Below, piece by piece: positions 41,566 to 50,534 of a stretch of DNA of 53,201 nt. Position 1 is the first letter of the stretch. Every line of letters starts with the position of its first letter. A program made the translations under genes and the position numbers. The notes under the pieces are model-generated. The model did no database searches and had not been told where the DNA came from. It was given only the letters and a program-made list of their open reading frames with translations. The stretch covers positions 22,409-75,609 of the forward strand of contig JAHEGQ010000001.1 in NCBI GenBank assembly GCA_024645025.1. Reading direction: 5' to 3'. Origin of the DNA: Sphingomonadaceae bacterium (GTDB taxonomy: Bacteria > Pseudomonadota > Alphaproteobacteria > Sphingomonadales > Sphingomonadaceae).

Positions 41566-42393
41566 TCAAGGCCGCTCTTCGGGCTTTGCGGGCGATTCAT
41601 CCCGCGCAGGCGGCGGCGCGTCGGATTGACGCGCCTGTTCGCGCAGGGCGGCCGGGTTGATCGGCCAGCTCTTGACCACTTGCTTGCCATTGGTCAGCGA
41701 TCGGGCAGGCGCGGTGCCGATGGACACGTCAAGCATGCGGGCCATGGCCGACTGAACAACCGGTTGCTTGGCATTGGCGGGGACCGCATAACTGTCGCCC
41801 TTTTGCAACGTGCCCTCGAATAGAACCTTGTCGTCCGCATCGGTGATGCGCAACCACACCTCGCCGCGCGCAATCAGCGTCACTGTCCCGCTTGACGGCG
41901 CAGGGTTGGCGGATGGGGCTTGGGCAACAGCTGTTGGCGTTTCCGAGGCGGTGTTGGCGGCGGCGGCCGGTGCGCCGTCACTGGGCTGGGCGGATTGCCA
42001 CAGGGTATAGCCCAGCGCCAAAATGGCGATGATCAGCGCGGCAATCGCCGCAAGACTGCGCGGCGGAATACGCGCCGGGTCGGCCAAGTCTTCATGGTGA
42101 GACATTTTGGATGCTGCCGGGTCACGGCCCAGCTCCATCCGCAAATCATGCATCAGCCCGGCTTCATCCTCGCCCACCGCACGCACATAAGCGCGGACGA
42201 ATCCCATCACATAAGTGTCGGATGGAAAGGTCGAAAAATCGCTTCTCTCGATCGCTTCCAGATGGCGCAGGGGGACGCGCGTGTGCTGCGCGATGTCCGA
42301 CAATTCCATGCCCGCAGACATACGCGCGGTCCGCAGACGGTCCCCTACTCGGTCCGGAAAAGGCGCTATCGTGTCGCCCATTGTCTCTTCCAT
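41566..42393 (-). CDS. rodZ: RodZ-like HTH-TM-DUF4115 protein
   Basis: G.RLR.AR, LEAIE and GFVRAY HTH motifs; single TM; C-terminal beta domain. Confidence 0.8.
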   Translation of the reverse strand: MEETMGDTIAPFPDRVGDRLRTARMSAGMELSDIAQHTRVPLRHLEAIERSDFSTFPSDTYVMGFVRAYVRAVGEDEAGLMHDLRMELGRDPAASKMSHHEDLADPARIPPRSLAAIAALIIAILALGYTLWQSAQPSDGAPAAAANTASETPTAVAQAPSANPAPSSGTVTLIARGEVWLRITDADDKVLFEGTLQKGDSYAVPANAKQPVVQSAMARMLDVSIGTAPARSLTNGKQVVKSWPINPAALREQARQSDAPPPARDESPAKPEERP

Positions 42394-42491
42394 TATCCAC
42401 TCCGTAACCATTACGCGGTCCAGACTGCGTTAAAATCGGACGAGCCTAGCACAAAAAAATCCAGCAGGCGAGTATAACACTTTTCAGCTAC

Positions 42492-44765
42492 TTAGACGAC
42501 ATCCACCTCATGGTCGCGCGCCCATTGCGCCAAATGCTCGCGCATATTTTTTGGCGGGTGAGACAGCAGGACGCCCATCATGTCTTGCGCTTTTGAAAGG
42601 TCAAGAGATCGGACCATGGCTTTAACCGGCGCGACGGCAGCGGGCGTGATCGACAGGCGCTCAATGCCGATTGCCAGCAGCGCCATCGCTTCCAGCGGGC
42701 GTCCGCCCATTTCACCGCAGATCGTCACCGGCACATTCGCCTCGCGACAGGCCAGAACGATTCGGCGCAGGAACCTTAGAATCGCTGGCGATAGCCAGTC
42801 ATAGCGTTCGGCCAGCTTGGGGTTTGCCCGGTCTGCGGCAAACAAAAACTGCGTCAGATCGTTGGTGCCAATCGACATAAAGTCGATGCGCGGCAAGATC
42901 ATGTCCAACGTTTCTGCAAGCGCGGGCACTTCCAGCATCGTTCCATAAAGGATGCGAAGCGGCAATTGCCGACCCTGCTTGGCCATCCAACTGCGCTGGC
43001 GTTCAAAAATCGCCTTGGCCTCATCAAACTCCCAAGGTTCAGAGACCATCGGGAACATGACGCGCAGGGTTCGTCCGGCCGCTGCTTCCAGCAAGGCGCG
43101 GGCCTGCGCCTTCATCAGGCCGTCGCGTTCCAGCGCAAGGCGCAGTGCGCGCCAGCCCATTGCGGGATTTTCTTCTGTATGTCCGTCAAAGCGCAGATAA
43201 GGCAGGGCCTTATCGCCCCCAATATCGACTGTGCGAAAGACCACGGGCCGGTCGCCTGCGGCATCCATCACGTCGCGATATAGGCGTTGCTGCCGTTCCC
43301 GCTGCGGCATGGTGGCCGACACCAGAAACTGGAATTCGGTGCGGAACAGACCAATGCCATCGGCCCCTGTAATGTCCAACTGGGCGACATCGTCGCGCAG
43401 CCCGGCATTGACCATCAGGGTGATGCGCACATCATCCTTGGTGACGGGCGCACGGGACTTGAGGGCGGCATGGGCCGCCCGGCGCTTTTGCGAGGCCTCC
43501 AGTCGGCTGCCAAACGCCTCTTCCATGGCGGGGCTGGGGCGCACAAATGCCGCTGACTGATTGACGTCCAGCAAGATCAGATCGCCTTCGCTGATCAGCC
43601 GGCGCACGCCTTTGACCCGGCCTAAGACCGGCACGCCCATGGCGCGCGCCACAATGGTGACGTGCGCGGTCAGCGATCCTTCTTCCAGCACCACGCCTTT
43701 CAGCCGCCGCCGATCATATTCCAGCAACTCTGCCGGGCCAAGATTGCGAGCGATCAGGATGGTGTCCTGACGCAGCCCTGCCTGCGCCGCCGAGCCCAAT
43801 TGGCCCGAGACGATCCGCAACAGGCGGTTCGACATATCCTCCAGATCGTGCATCCGATCTGCCAGCAGCGGGTCGTCAATCTGGCGCATCCGCATCCGGG
43901 TGCGCTGCTGCACGCGTTCAATTGCGGCCTCTGCGGTCAGGCCGCTGTCAATCGCTTCGTTGATGCGCCGACGCCAGCCTTCGTCATAGGCGAACATCTT
44001 ATACATCTCGAGTACTTCGCGATGTTCGCCTTCCACGCCAAATTCGGCTTCGCTTGCCATGCGCTCAATCTGTTCGCGCATCTTGTCAAAGGCAGCATAA
44101 ACGCGGTGCCGTTCGGCCTCGATGTCCTCTGCCACGGTATGTTCAATCGTGACGCGGGGCTGGTGGAATACGGCATAGCCCGACGCCATGCCATCGACGA
44201 GCTTCAGGCCCGCCATGCGTTGGGCAGAGGTGTCCTGCACCTTGCTGCCGCGACGCTGGGCATTGTCGATCAACCCGGCATTGGCGATCAGTTCAGACAG
44301 CACCATGGCCACAGTCTGAAGCGCCTCAATCTCCAACTCTTCATAACGGCGCGATTCAACGTGCTGGACGCATAAGACGCCCACGGCGTCTTCCTTGCGG
44401 ATAATGGGCACGCCCGCAAAGCTGTGGAACAGGTCTTCGCCGGTTTCCGGCTTATAGGCAAAATCTGGATGGCTTGTCGCTTCATCCAGATTGAGCGTGG
44501 CGACCTGCTCGGCAATTGTCCCGACAAGGCCCTCGCCCATCGCCAGCTTGGTGACATGGACGGCTTCCTGCTTCAGCCCCTTGGTCGCGAAAAGTTCCAG
44601 CAAGCCCTCGCGGCGCAGATAAATAGAGCAGACCTCGCTTTGCAGCACATCGGCGATAACGGCCACGACCTGGTTCAATTTGGCCTGCGCACTGGTGCGC
44701 GACGCCATCACGTCATGAAGGCGGGTCAGAATCTCCCGAGAGGCAGAGGCGGCGGTCGACGGCAT
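42492..44765 (-). CDS. ptsP: PTS(Ntr) enzyme I, GAF-PEP phosphotransferase
   Basis: N-terminal GAF; TAHVTIVAR, GLFRTEF, GTNDLTQF and CGEMG motifs. Confidence 0.96.
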   Translation of the reverse strand: MPSTAASASREILTRLHDVMASRTSAQAKLNQVVAVIADVLQSEVCSIYLRREGLLELFATKGLKQEAVHVTKLAMGEGLVGTIAEQVATLNLDEATSHPDFAYKPETGEDLFHSFAGVPIIRKEDAVGVLCVQHVESRRYEELEIEALQTVAMVLSELIANAGLIDNAQRRGSKVQDTSAQRMAGLKLVDGMASGYAVFHQPRVTIEHTVAEDIEAERHRVYAAFDKMREQIERMASEAEFGVEGEHREVLEMYKMFAYDEGWRRRINEAIDSGLTAEAAIERVQQRTRMRMRQIDDPLLADRMHDLEDMSNRLLRIVSGQLGSAAQAGLRQDTILIARNLGPAELLEYDRRRLKGVVLEEGSLTAHVTIVARAMGVPVLGRVKGVRRLISEGDLILLDVNQSAAFVRPSPAMEEAFGSRLEASQKRRAAHAALKSRAPVTKDDVRITLMVNAGLRDDVAQLDITGADGIGLFRTEFQFLVSATMPQRERQQRLYRDVMDAAGDRPVVFRTVDIGGDKALPYLRFDGHTEENPAMGWRALRLALERDGLMKAQARALLEAAAGRTLRVMFPMVSEPWEFDEAKAIFERQRSWMAKQGRQLPLRILYGTMLEVPALAETLDMILPRIDFMSIGTNDLTQFLFAADRANPKLAERYDWLSPAILRFLRRIVLACREANVPVTICGEMGGRPLEAMALLAIGIERLSITPAAVAPVKAMVRSLDLSKAQDMMGVLLSHPPKNMREHLAQWARDHEVDVV

Positions 44766-44830
44766 GGATGATCGCTAGCAGGTTGCGCGCTTGGATGCCA
44801 AGCCGAAGACGTCGAATTAACCGGGACGGG

Positions 44831-45310
44831 TCAGCCGCCATCCGCATCCCGACTGCCTTCTTCGCTGCGCGAGGGGGCAGTGCGCTTGTCCGGCAAAGGC
44901 ATCTTGCCGCCGCTGCACGCATAGCCCAGCGCCAGTTCTACCAGCCCGCCTCGCTCGACGGGGTAGTATTTCATCTTAATGTCGGCCCCACGCCAATCGT
45001 GCGTGCGTTGGCCTTTGAGCGTCCGGTAATAGGTGATCGTGGCCGCCGTGCGCGCGGCGCAGTTGAAGTTATACCGCACCCGCTCTGTCGAGTCTTTGGC
45101 CGAGGGACCCTGCATGACGACATAAATCTGCGTGACCGCAAACGTGCGGGCGCCGCGGACCGGCGGCAGGTTCTTCATTGTCGTTGGGTCCACCAGAATT
45201 TCGCGGCCATTGGCGTTTTCGCCCAGTCTAAGATTGGCCTCAGCTGTGGGGGGTGCCGAAAGGGCGGCGCTGGATAGCGCGACAAGCGCGGCGCTGACGC
45301 CTCGCATCAC
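44831..45310 (-). CDS. Exported protein, possibly surface-adhesin E-like
   Basis: Signal peptide; FNC...YAC Cys pair; GTGA overlap with the FMO stop. Confidence 0.6.
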   Translation of the reverse strand: MMRGVSAALVALSSAALSAPPTAEANLRLGENANGREILVDPTTMKNLPPVRGARTFAVTQIYVVMQGPSAKDSTERVRYNFNCAARTAATITYYRTLKGQRTHDWRGADIKMKYYPVERGGLVELALGYACSGGKMPLPDKRTAPSRSEEGSRDADGG

Positions 45311-46665
45311 AGGGCTGCGGCAGCGGCAGGGACGGGCAAGCTGTGGCGATGGGCCTTGGCCCGTTTCGCGCCGCGGGCCAGTTCCTTCTTAAGCGCCCGG
45401 GCATAATGATCAAAGTCGAGCTGGATCGTGTGGCGACGCGCTGCATAATATTGGCCCGTATAATAATCTTCGTCCGCAGCGATGGTTTGCAGCATTTCGT
45501 CTTCGGGCGGCAGGGCATAATCGCCTGCCAGATAGGCGGCGACCAGCTTGGATTGTTGCTCGGCAAAATTGACCAAAGTCGGCAAGGGTTGGGCAAGGCC
45601 CAGATAGAAGAGGTCGGGGACGCCCGGTTTCATGATCCGCTTATAGAGCGGCGGTGGACGATTATCCGCATCTGCCTGCAAGCCGGGATCGGTAAAGAAC
45701 GGGAATTTAATGTCATAACCCGTCGCCCAGATGATCGCGTCAATCTTTTCCCGACTGCCATCGGTGAAGCGCACACCATCAGCCTCTAGCCGGTCTATGC
45801 CGGACTTCATGACGATGTCGCCCGATCCGGCACGCAGCAAGAATTCGCCGGATACCGTGCCGTGGCTTTCAAACGGACCGATGTCGGGTTCGGGCAAGCC
45901 ATAGTCGCTCATCCGGCCGACCAAGCCCTTGATCAAATGCGCACCCAATTTTTGCCGCAGCCATTTGGGCATCCAGGCGGGCGCTGGGTTTTTGTCCAGC
46001 GGCTGGCCCTTATAATATTTGGGAAACACCCAAACGCCGCGCCGGGTCGAAACGAAAAGCCGCTCTGCCATCGGGCGCTGGGATAGTTCGGACGCGATAT
46101 CCATTGCGCTATTGCCCATCCCGACGACAAGAACGCGCTTTCCGACGCACTCGATCGGCTCAAACGGGCTGCGATAGGCGTGCGAATGGATTTGCGGGCC
46201 GTCAAACGTGCCCGGATAATCGGGAATACGCGCCGCCCAGTGATGGCCATTGCACACCGCCAACGCATCAAAACGCTTGGTTTCCCCAGAAGACAGGGTG
46301 ATCGACCATCCGCCAGCGGGCAGCCGCTCTGCCCGCTCAACCCGGGTGTTGAAGCGGATCCGGGGTCTCAGCCCAAAATGATCGACATAATTATGGAAAT
46401 ATTGAAGCAACTGGGCGTGGTGCGGATAATCCGGCCAGTCGGAGGGTGCCGGATAATCTTCGAAAGCCAGCCGCCATTTCGACGTGTCGATGTGCAGGCT
46501 TTGATAGCAGGCCGACATACCATTGGGATTGTTGTAATACCAATTCCCGCCAATATTGTCGGACGCCTCAAATATTTCGAACGGGATGCCATAGTCCTTG
46601 AGGCGCTTTGCAGTGGTAAAGCCGGAACAGCCAGCGCCGATGATGCAGACAGATGGTAAAGTCAT
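45307..46665 (-). CDS. Flavin-containing monooxygenase (class B)
   Basis: GAGCSG, GGNW, FDGPQIHSHAY (FxGxxxHxxxY), GMGNSA and WATGY motifs. Confidence 0.93.
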   Translation of the reverse strand: MTLPSVCIIGAGCSGFTTAKRLKDYGIPFEIFEASDNIGGNWYYNNPNGMSACYQSLHIDTSKWRLAFEDYPAPSDWPDYPHHAQLLQYFHNYVDHFGLRPRIRFNTRVERAERLPAGGWSITLSSGETKRFDALAVCNGHHWAARIPDYPGTFDGPQIHSHAYRSPFEPIECVGKRVLVVGMGNSAMDIASELSQRPMAERLFVSTRRGVWVFPKYYKGQPLDKNPAPAWMPKWLRQKLGAHLIKGLVGRMSDYGLPEPDIGPFESHGTVSGEFLLRAGSGDIVMKSGIDRLEADGVRFTDGSREKIDAIIWATGYDIKFPFFTDPGLQADADNRPPPLYKRIMKPGVPDLFYLGLAQPLPTLVNFAEQQSKLVAAYLAGDYALPPEDEMLQTIAADEDYYTGQYYAARRHTIQLDFDHYARALKKELARGAKRAKAHRHSLPVPAAAAAL

Positions 46666-46701
46666 CTTCGCAATTTGCCGCGCCAATGCCGGAATGCAAG
46701 A

Positions 46702-47562
46702 TCAGATCGTATTGATTGGCAATCTCAAGTGGATGGCATGTCCGGGAAGCGCGGGCGGCAATTGTCCAGCCCGAATGTTCACCTGCAGCGATGGGAGGAT
46801 CAGAAGAGGGGCTTCCAGCGTTTTGTCGCGCGCCTCGCGCATCGTCACAAAGGCCTCTTCGCTAATGCCGTCATGGATATGGATGTTGTCGCGCCGCTGT
46901 GCAGCGACGGTGGTTTCCCATGCCGGTAGGGTCCGTCCCTCAGGCAGATAGTCGTGCCCCACAAAGATTCGCGTGTCGCCGGGCAGGGCAAGGATACGCT
47001 GAATAGACCGGTAGAGCGTCCGGGCGTCACCGCCGGGAAAATCCGCGCGGGCCGTGCCATAGTCTGGCATGAACAAGGTGTCGCCGACAAAGGCCGCATC
47101 TGCGATCAGATAAGTCAGGCAGGCTGGGGTATGGCCGGGCGTGTGGAGCGCACGGATCGAGAGCGTCCCCAGCGGAAGCGTGTCGCCATCGGCCAATAGG
47201 ATATCAAACGCAGACCCGTCTGGTTGCACATCATCGGCATCGAACATCGGCGCAAAGGCGGATTGGACCTGCTTGATGTGGGACCCGATGACGACGGGCG
47301 CGCCCGTTTTTTCACGCAGATAATGCGCCGCCGACAAATGGTCGGCATGGGCATGGGTTTCCAGAATGTAGCGCAGATCAAGCTGTTGATCGCCCACAGC
47401 CTTGAGCAGGGCATCCGCAGAGGCTGTCGAGATGCGGGCGTTGCGCGGCGAAAAGTCCAGCACAGGATCGATGATCGCCGCCGCCCGCGATACCGGGTCA
47501 TGGACCAGAAAGCTGACCGTGTGGGTTGCAGGATCATAAAAGGACTGAACGGGCAAGGTCAT
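46702..47562 (-). CDS. Persulfide dioxygenase (ETHE1/Blh-like MBL fold)
   Basis: ETHAHADH, TPGHT, GDTLFMPDYGTARADFPGG, HDY and QVNIRAG motifs. Confidence 0.9.
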   Translation of the reverse strand: MTLPVQSFYDPATHTVSFLVHDPVSRAAAIIDPVLDFSPRNARISTASADALLKAVGDQQLDLRYILETHAHADHLSAAHYLREKTGAPVVIGSHIKQVQSAFAPMFDADDVQPDGSAFDILLADGDTLPLGTLSIRALHTPGHTPACLTYLIADAAFVGDTLFMPDYGTARADFPGGDARTLYRSIQRILALPGDTRIFVGHDYLPEGRTLPAWETTVAAQRRDNIHIHDGISEEAFVTMREARDKTLEAPLLILPSLQVNIRAGQLPPALPGHAIHLRLPINTI

Positions 47563-47588
47563 GAGACGACTCCGATAAGCGACATGAT

Positions 47589-47631
47589 CAATATATTAGG
47601 ACTTGCTAAATTAGAATCAAGGAATATATTG
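47589..47631. promoter_or_regulatory. Putative BigR/SqrR-type operator in divergent promoter
   Basis: Inverted CAATATATT...AATATATTG enclosing tandem ATTA-N8-TAAA and ATTA-N8-GAAT. Confidence 0.6.
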
Positions 47632-47636
47632 GCGTC

Positions 47637-47966
47637 ATGGTTGATCTAACCCATTTCGATCTCGCTCTGTTTCAATCCAGCGCCAGTCGCGCCGCTGGAC
47701 TGTTGCGTCAGCTGGCCAATGAGCATCGGCTGATGATCCTGTGTCAGCTTGTGGCCGGCGAAATGTCTGTGGGGGCGCTGCAGGCGCAAATCGGCCTTTC
47801 CCAATCGGCTTTGTCGCAACATCTGGCGCGGCTGCGCGCCGAAGGCATTGTCGCCACGCGCCGGGAAAGTCAGGTGATCTATTACCGCATTGTGGACCCG
47901 GCGGCCTTGCGCCTTCTGGAAACGCTGGCCGATCTTTTCTGCCCCCCTGGAATGAGGACCCCCTAA
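47637..47966 (+). CDS. ArsR-family persulfide-sensing repressor (BigR/SqrR-like)
   Basis: RLMILCQL (helix 2 Cys), SQSALSQHLA and LFC (helix 5 Cys). Confidence 0.88.
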   Translation: MVDLTHFDLALFQSSASRAAGLLRQLANEHRLMILCQLVAGEMSVGALQAQIGLSQSALSQHLARLRAEGIVATRRESQVIYYRIVDPAALRLLETLADLFCPPGMRTP

Positions 47967-47967
47967 A

Positions 47968-48504
47968 ATGAAGACCTTTTTGGATCGCCTCAGCGCATCA
48001 GACGCACAGCAACGCCTTGCCAATGGCGCGGCTGTTTTGGTGGATATTCGCGAGGCCGACGAATTCGCCCGCAGCCATATTGCAGGCGCGGTGTCGCAAC
48101 CGCTTTCCTCTTGGGAAGCGGCGCATCTGTCGATCCGTCCCGATGCTGATGTGATCTTCACCTGCCGGTCAGGCATGCGGACAGCCGGGGCCTGTGATCG
48201 GCTTGCCGCACGCGTATCCGGCCGGGCTTATGTGCTGGATGGCGGGCTGGATGCATGGGTCAAGGCAGGCTTGCCTGTGATCACAGACCGACGCGTGCCG
48301 ATTGATATCATGCGACAGGTGCAGATCGTGGCAGGCAGTCTGGTATTTTTGGGCACCTTGCTGGGCCTTTTCCTAAGCCCCGTTTACTTTGCGGTTCCTG
48401 CCTTTGTGGGTCTGGGGCTTAGCGTTGCTGGGCTGACGGGCTTTTGTGGTATGGCCCGCTTTCTTGCATTGGCGCCGTGGAACCGCGCCTTGCGGTCCGC
48501 CTGA
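47968..48504 (+). CDS. Membrane-bound rhodanese (YgaP-like, rhodanese plus DUF2892)
   Basis: DIRE..E...HI.GA, CRSGMR, GGLDAW and C-terminal GFCGMA...PWN. Confidence 0.9.
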   Translation: MKTFLDRLSASDAQQRLANGAAVLVDIREADEFARSHIAGAVSQPLSSWEAAHLSIRPDADVIFTCRSGMRTAGACDRLAARVSGRAYVLDGGLDAWVKAGLPVITDRRVPIDIMRQVQIVAGSLVFLGTLLGLFLSPVYFAVPAFVGLGLSVAGLTGFCGMARFLALAPWNRALRSA

Positions 48505-48506
48505 CA

Positions 48507-49265
48507 ATGGCACAGGCGCTGTTGCTCGCGGCTTCGGGTGGGGTCCTGATTGGCGTGTTGCTGACGCTCTTTGGCGGCGGCGGCTCGGTCCTTGCAACGC
48601 CGTGGCTGATGTACGTGATTGGCGTTGGGGATGTTCATCTTGCCATCGGCACTTCGGCCGCCGCAGTTGCTGTCAACGCCGCCACGGGGCTGGCCGTGCA
48701 GGCGCGGGCTGGACGCGTTAAATGGCCCTGTGCGATTGTGTTTGCGCTGGCGGGCCTCATCGGGTCGCTTACCGGCGCACATCTTGCCAAATCCGTTGAT
48801 GGCGCGCGCCTGCTGGACTGGTTTGCATTGGCCATGATTGTGATTGCGGTGTCGATGATCATTCCCCGCAAATCAGAAGGTCTGCCGGATGTCCACTTAC
48901 AGCCCGCAATGGTTCTGAAGCTTGCTCCCGTTGGCCTTGTCGCGGGATTTGCAGCGGGCTTTTTCGGCATTGGCGGCGGCTTCCTGATCGCGCCCGGCCT
49001 GATGGCTGCAACGGGGATGACCTTGGCGAACGCCGCTGCCTCGTCGCTGGTATCGGTGACCTTATTTGGCGGCGCGACCAGCTTTTCTTATGCGCTGGAT
49101 GGTCAGGTTGATTGGGGGCTGTTCGGCGGATTGGTGACAGGAGGTGTTGCCGGTGCGTTGATCGCAGCGCCGCTGTCGCGCAGGCTGGCCCGCAGGTTGC
49201 CGCTAGCGCGCGCCTTGTTTGCCGGGCTGATCTGCATTGTTGCGGTGTATATCCTGACCCGCTGA
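48507..49265 (+). CDS. TauE/SafE sulfite exporter family
   Basis: GGGGS, AIGTS and GFFGIGGGFLI motifs; about 8 TM helices. Confidence 0.9.
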   Translation: MAQALLLAASGGVLIGVLLTLFGGGGSVLATPWLMYVIGVGDVHLAIGTSAAAVAVNAATGLAVQARAGRVKWPCAIVFALAGLIGSLTGAHLAKSVDGARLLDWFALAMIVIAVSMIIPRKSEGLPDVHLQPAMVLKLAPVGLVAGFAAGFFGIGGGFLIAPGLMAATGMTLANAAASSLVSVTLFGGATSFSYALDGQVDWGLFGGLVTGGVAGALIAAPLSRRLARRLPLARALFAGLICIVAVYILTR

Positions 49266-50534
49266 TCAGCGGACGAGTGTGCCGCCTTTGATGACACCCG
49301 CGACCTGTTCCAGCAGCCGAATATCAGCCAGCGGGTCCCCTTTGACGGCGATCATGTCGCCATAGCGGCCCACAGCAATTGCCCCGACATCCTTGTCGCG
49401 CATCATCACAATGGCCGCATCGCGGGTGGCGGACTGGATCGCCTGCATCGGCGTCATGCCCAGCTTTACCATATAGGCAAATTGCCGGGCGTTAAGGCCA
49501 TGGGGATAGACGCCACTATCGGTGCCAAAGGCGAGCGGCACGCCCATTGCCACCGCTTTCTTGAACATCTCGCGCTGAATATCGGTGGTTTCCCGGTTCT
49601 TGCGCAGATATTCGGCGGGCCAGCCCTCTTTGGTGCCAACTGCTTCGATATAATCGCCGTTATACACATCCATAACCAGCCAGACGCCCTTGGCCTTGGC
49701 CAGTGCCAACCCGTCCACGTCTACTAGGCTTGCATGTTCGATAGAGCGCACGCCGGCGCGGATCGCGGCCTTGATGCCTTCCGCCCCATGGGCATGGGCG
49801 GTCGCATAGCTGCCATGCGCCTGCGCCACCTGCACGGTGGCGCGCATCTGGTCTTCGGTCAGTTCCGGTTGGCCCGGCTCTGTGCCGATGGCCAGCACGG
49901 CGCCTGTTGCAATCAGCTTCAGGAAATCGGCACCGCCTGCAAACAGGGTTTCCGCTTTTTGGGCGGCGTCATCGGGCGTCCGCACGACGCCAAAGCGCAT
50001 TTCGGGCGGCACGCGGCCCTCGGGCAAGCCGTTAATCTCGCCACCGCCCCCGGGGATGGTGATATAGGTGCCGGCGACTGCCATGCGCGGCCCGGGGATC
50101 AACCCGGCATTAATCGCATCGCGCAGCTTAACGTCACCAAAGACACGAAAGGTGCCGACATCGCGCACGGTGGTAAAGCCCGCCATCAGCGTGTCGTGCG
50201 CGTTCTTGGCACCGATAAAGGCCGTTTCGGCAGGTCCTTTCTTGATCGGATCGTCAATATCTGCGCTTTGCCCAACATCGGCGATATGCGTGTGCAGATC
50301 AATGAGCCCGGGCAAAACGGTAAAGCCCCGCCAGTCGATCACCTGCGCACCGTTGGGCGGCGTTGCGCAGCGGGCAAGGGCGGTGATGCGGCCATCGGTA
50401 ATGGTGATGCATTGGTTGGTCACAACCCGCCCGGCCGCCACATCGATCAGCCGACTGGTTTGGACATAGCTGGTCTGCGCCTGCCCGGCCCCTGCGGCGC
50501 AGAGCGCGAAGGCGGCCAGCGCGCCGCGGATCAT
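49266..50534 (-). CDS. Exported amidohydrolase (Xaa-Pro dipeptidase-like)
   Basis: PGLIDLHTH, AHAHG, SIEH and FGTDSG motifs; signal peptide; ATGA overlap with the phoD stop. Confidence 0.88.
   Translation of the reverse strand: MIRGALAAFALCAAGAGQAQTSYVQTSRLIDVAAGRVVTNQCITITDGRITALARCATPPNGAQVIDWRGFTVLPGLIDLHTHIADVGQSADIDDPIKKGPAETAFIGAKNAHDTLMAGFTTVRDVGTFRVFGDVKLRDAINAGLIPGPRMAVAGTYITIPGGGGEINGLPEGRVPPEMRFGVVRTPDDAAQKAETLFAGGADFLKLIATGAVLAIGTEPGQPELTEDQMRATVQVAQAHGSYATAHAHGAEGIKAAIRAGVRSIEHASLVDVDGLALAKAKGVWLVMDVYNGDYIEAVGTKEGWPAEYLRKNRETTDIQREMFKKAVAMGVPLAFGTDSGVYPHGLNARQFAYMVKLGMTPMQAIQSATRDAAIVMMRDKDVGAIAVGRYGDMIAVKGDPLADIRLLEQVAGVIKGGTLVR

Noticed and set aside
45307-46702. FMO as part of the persulfide operon
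   Set aside because: It appears to have its own leaderless promoter (TTGCAT-N16-CAAATT, 6 nt before the ATG), so linkage is unsupported.
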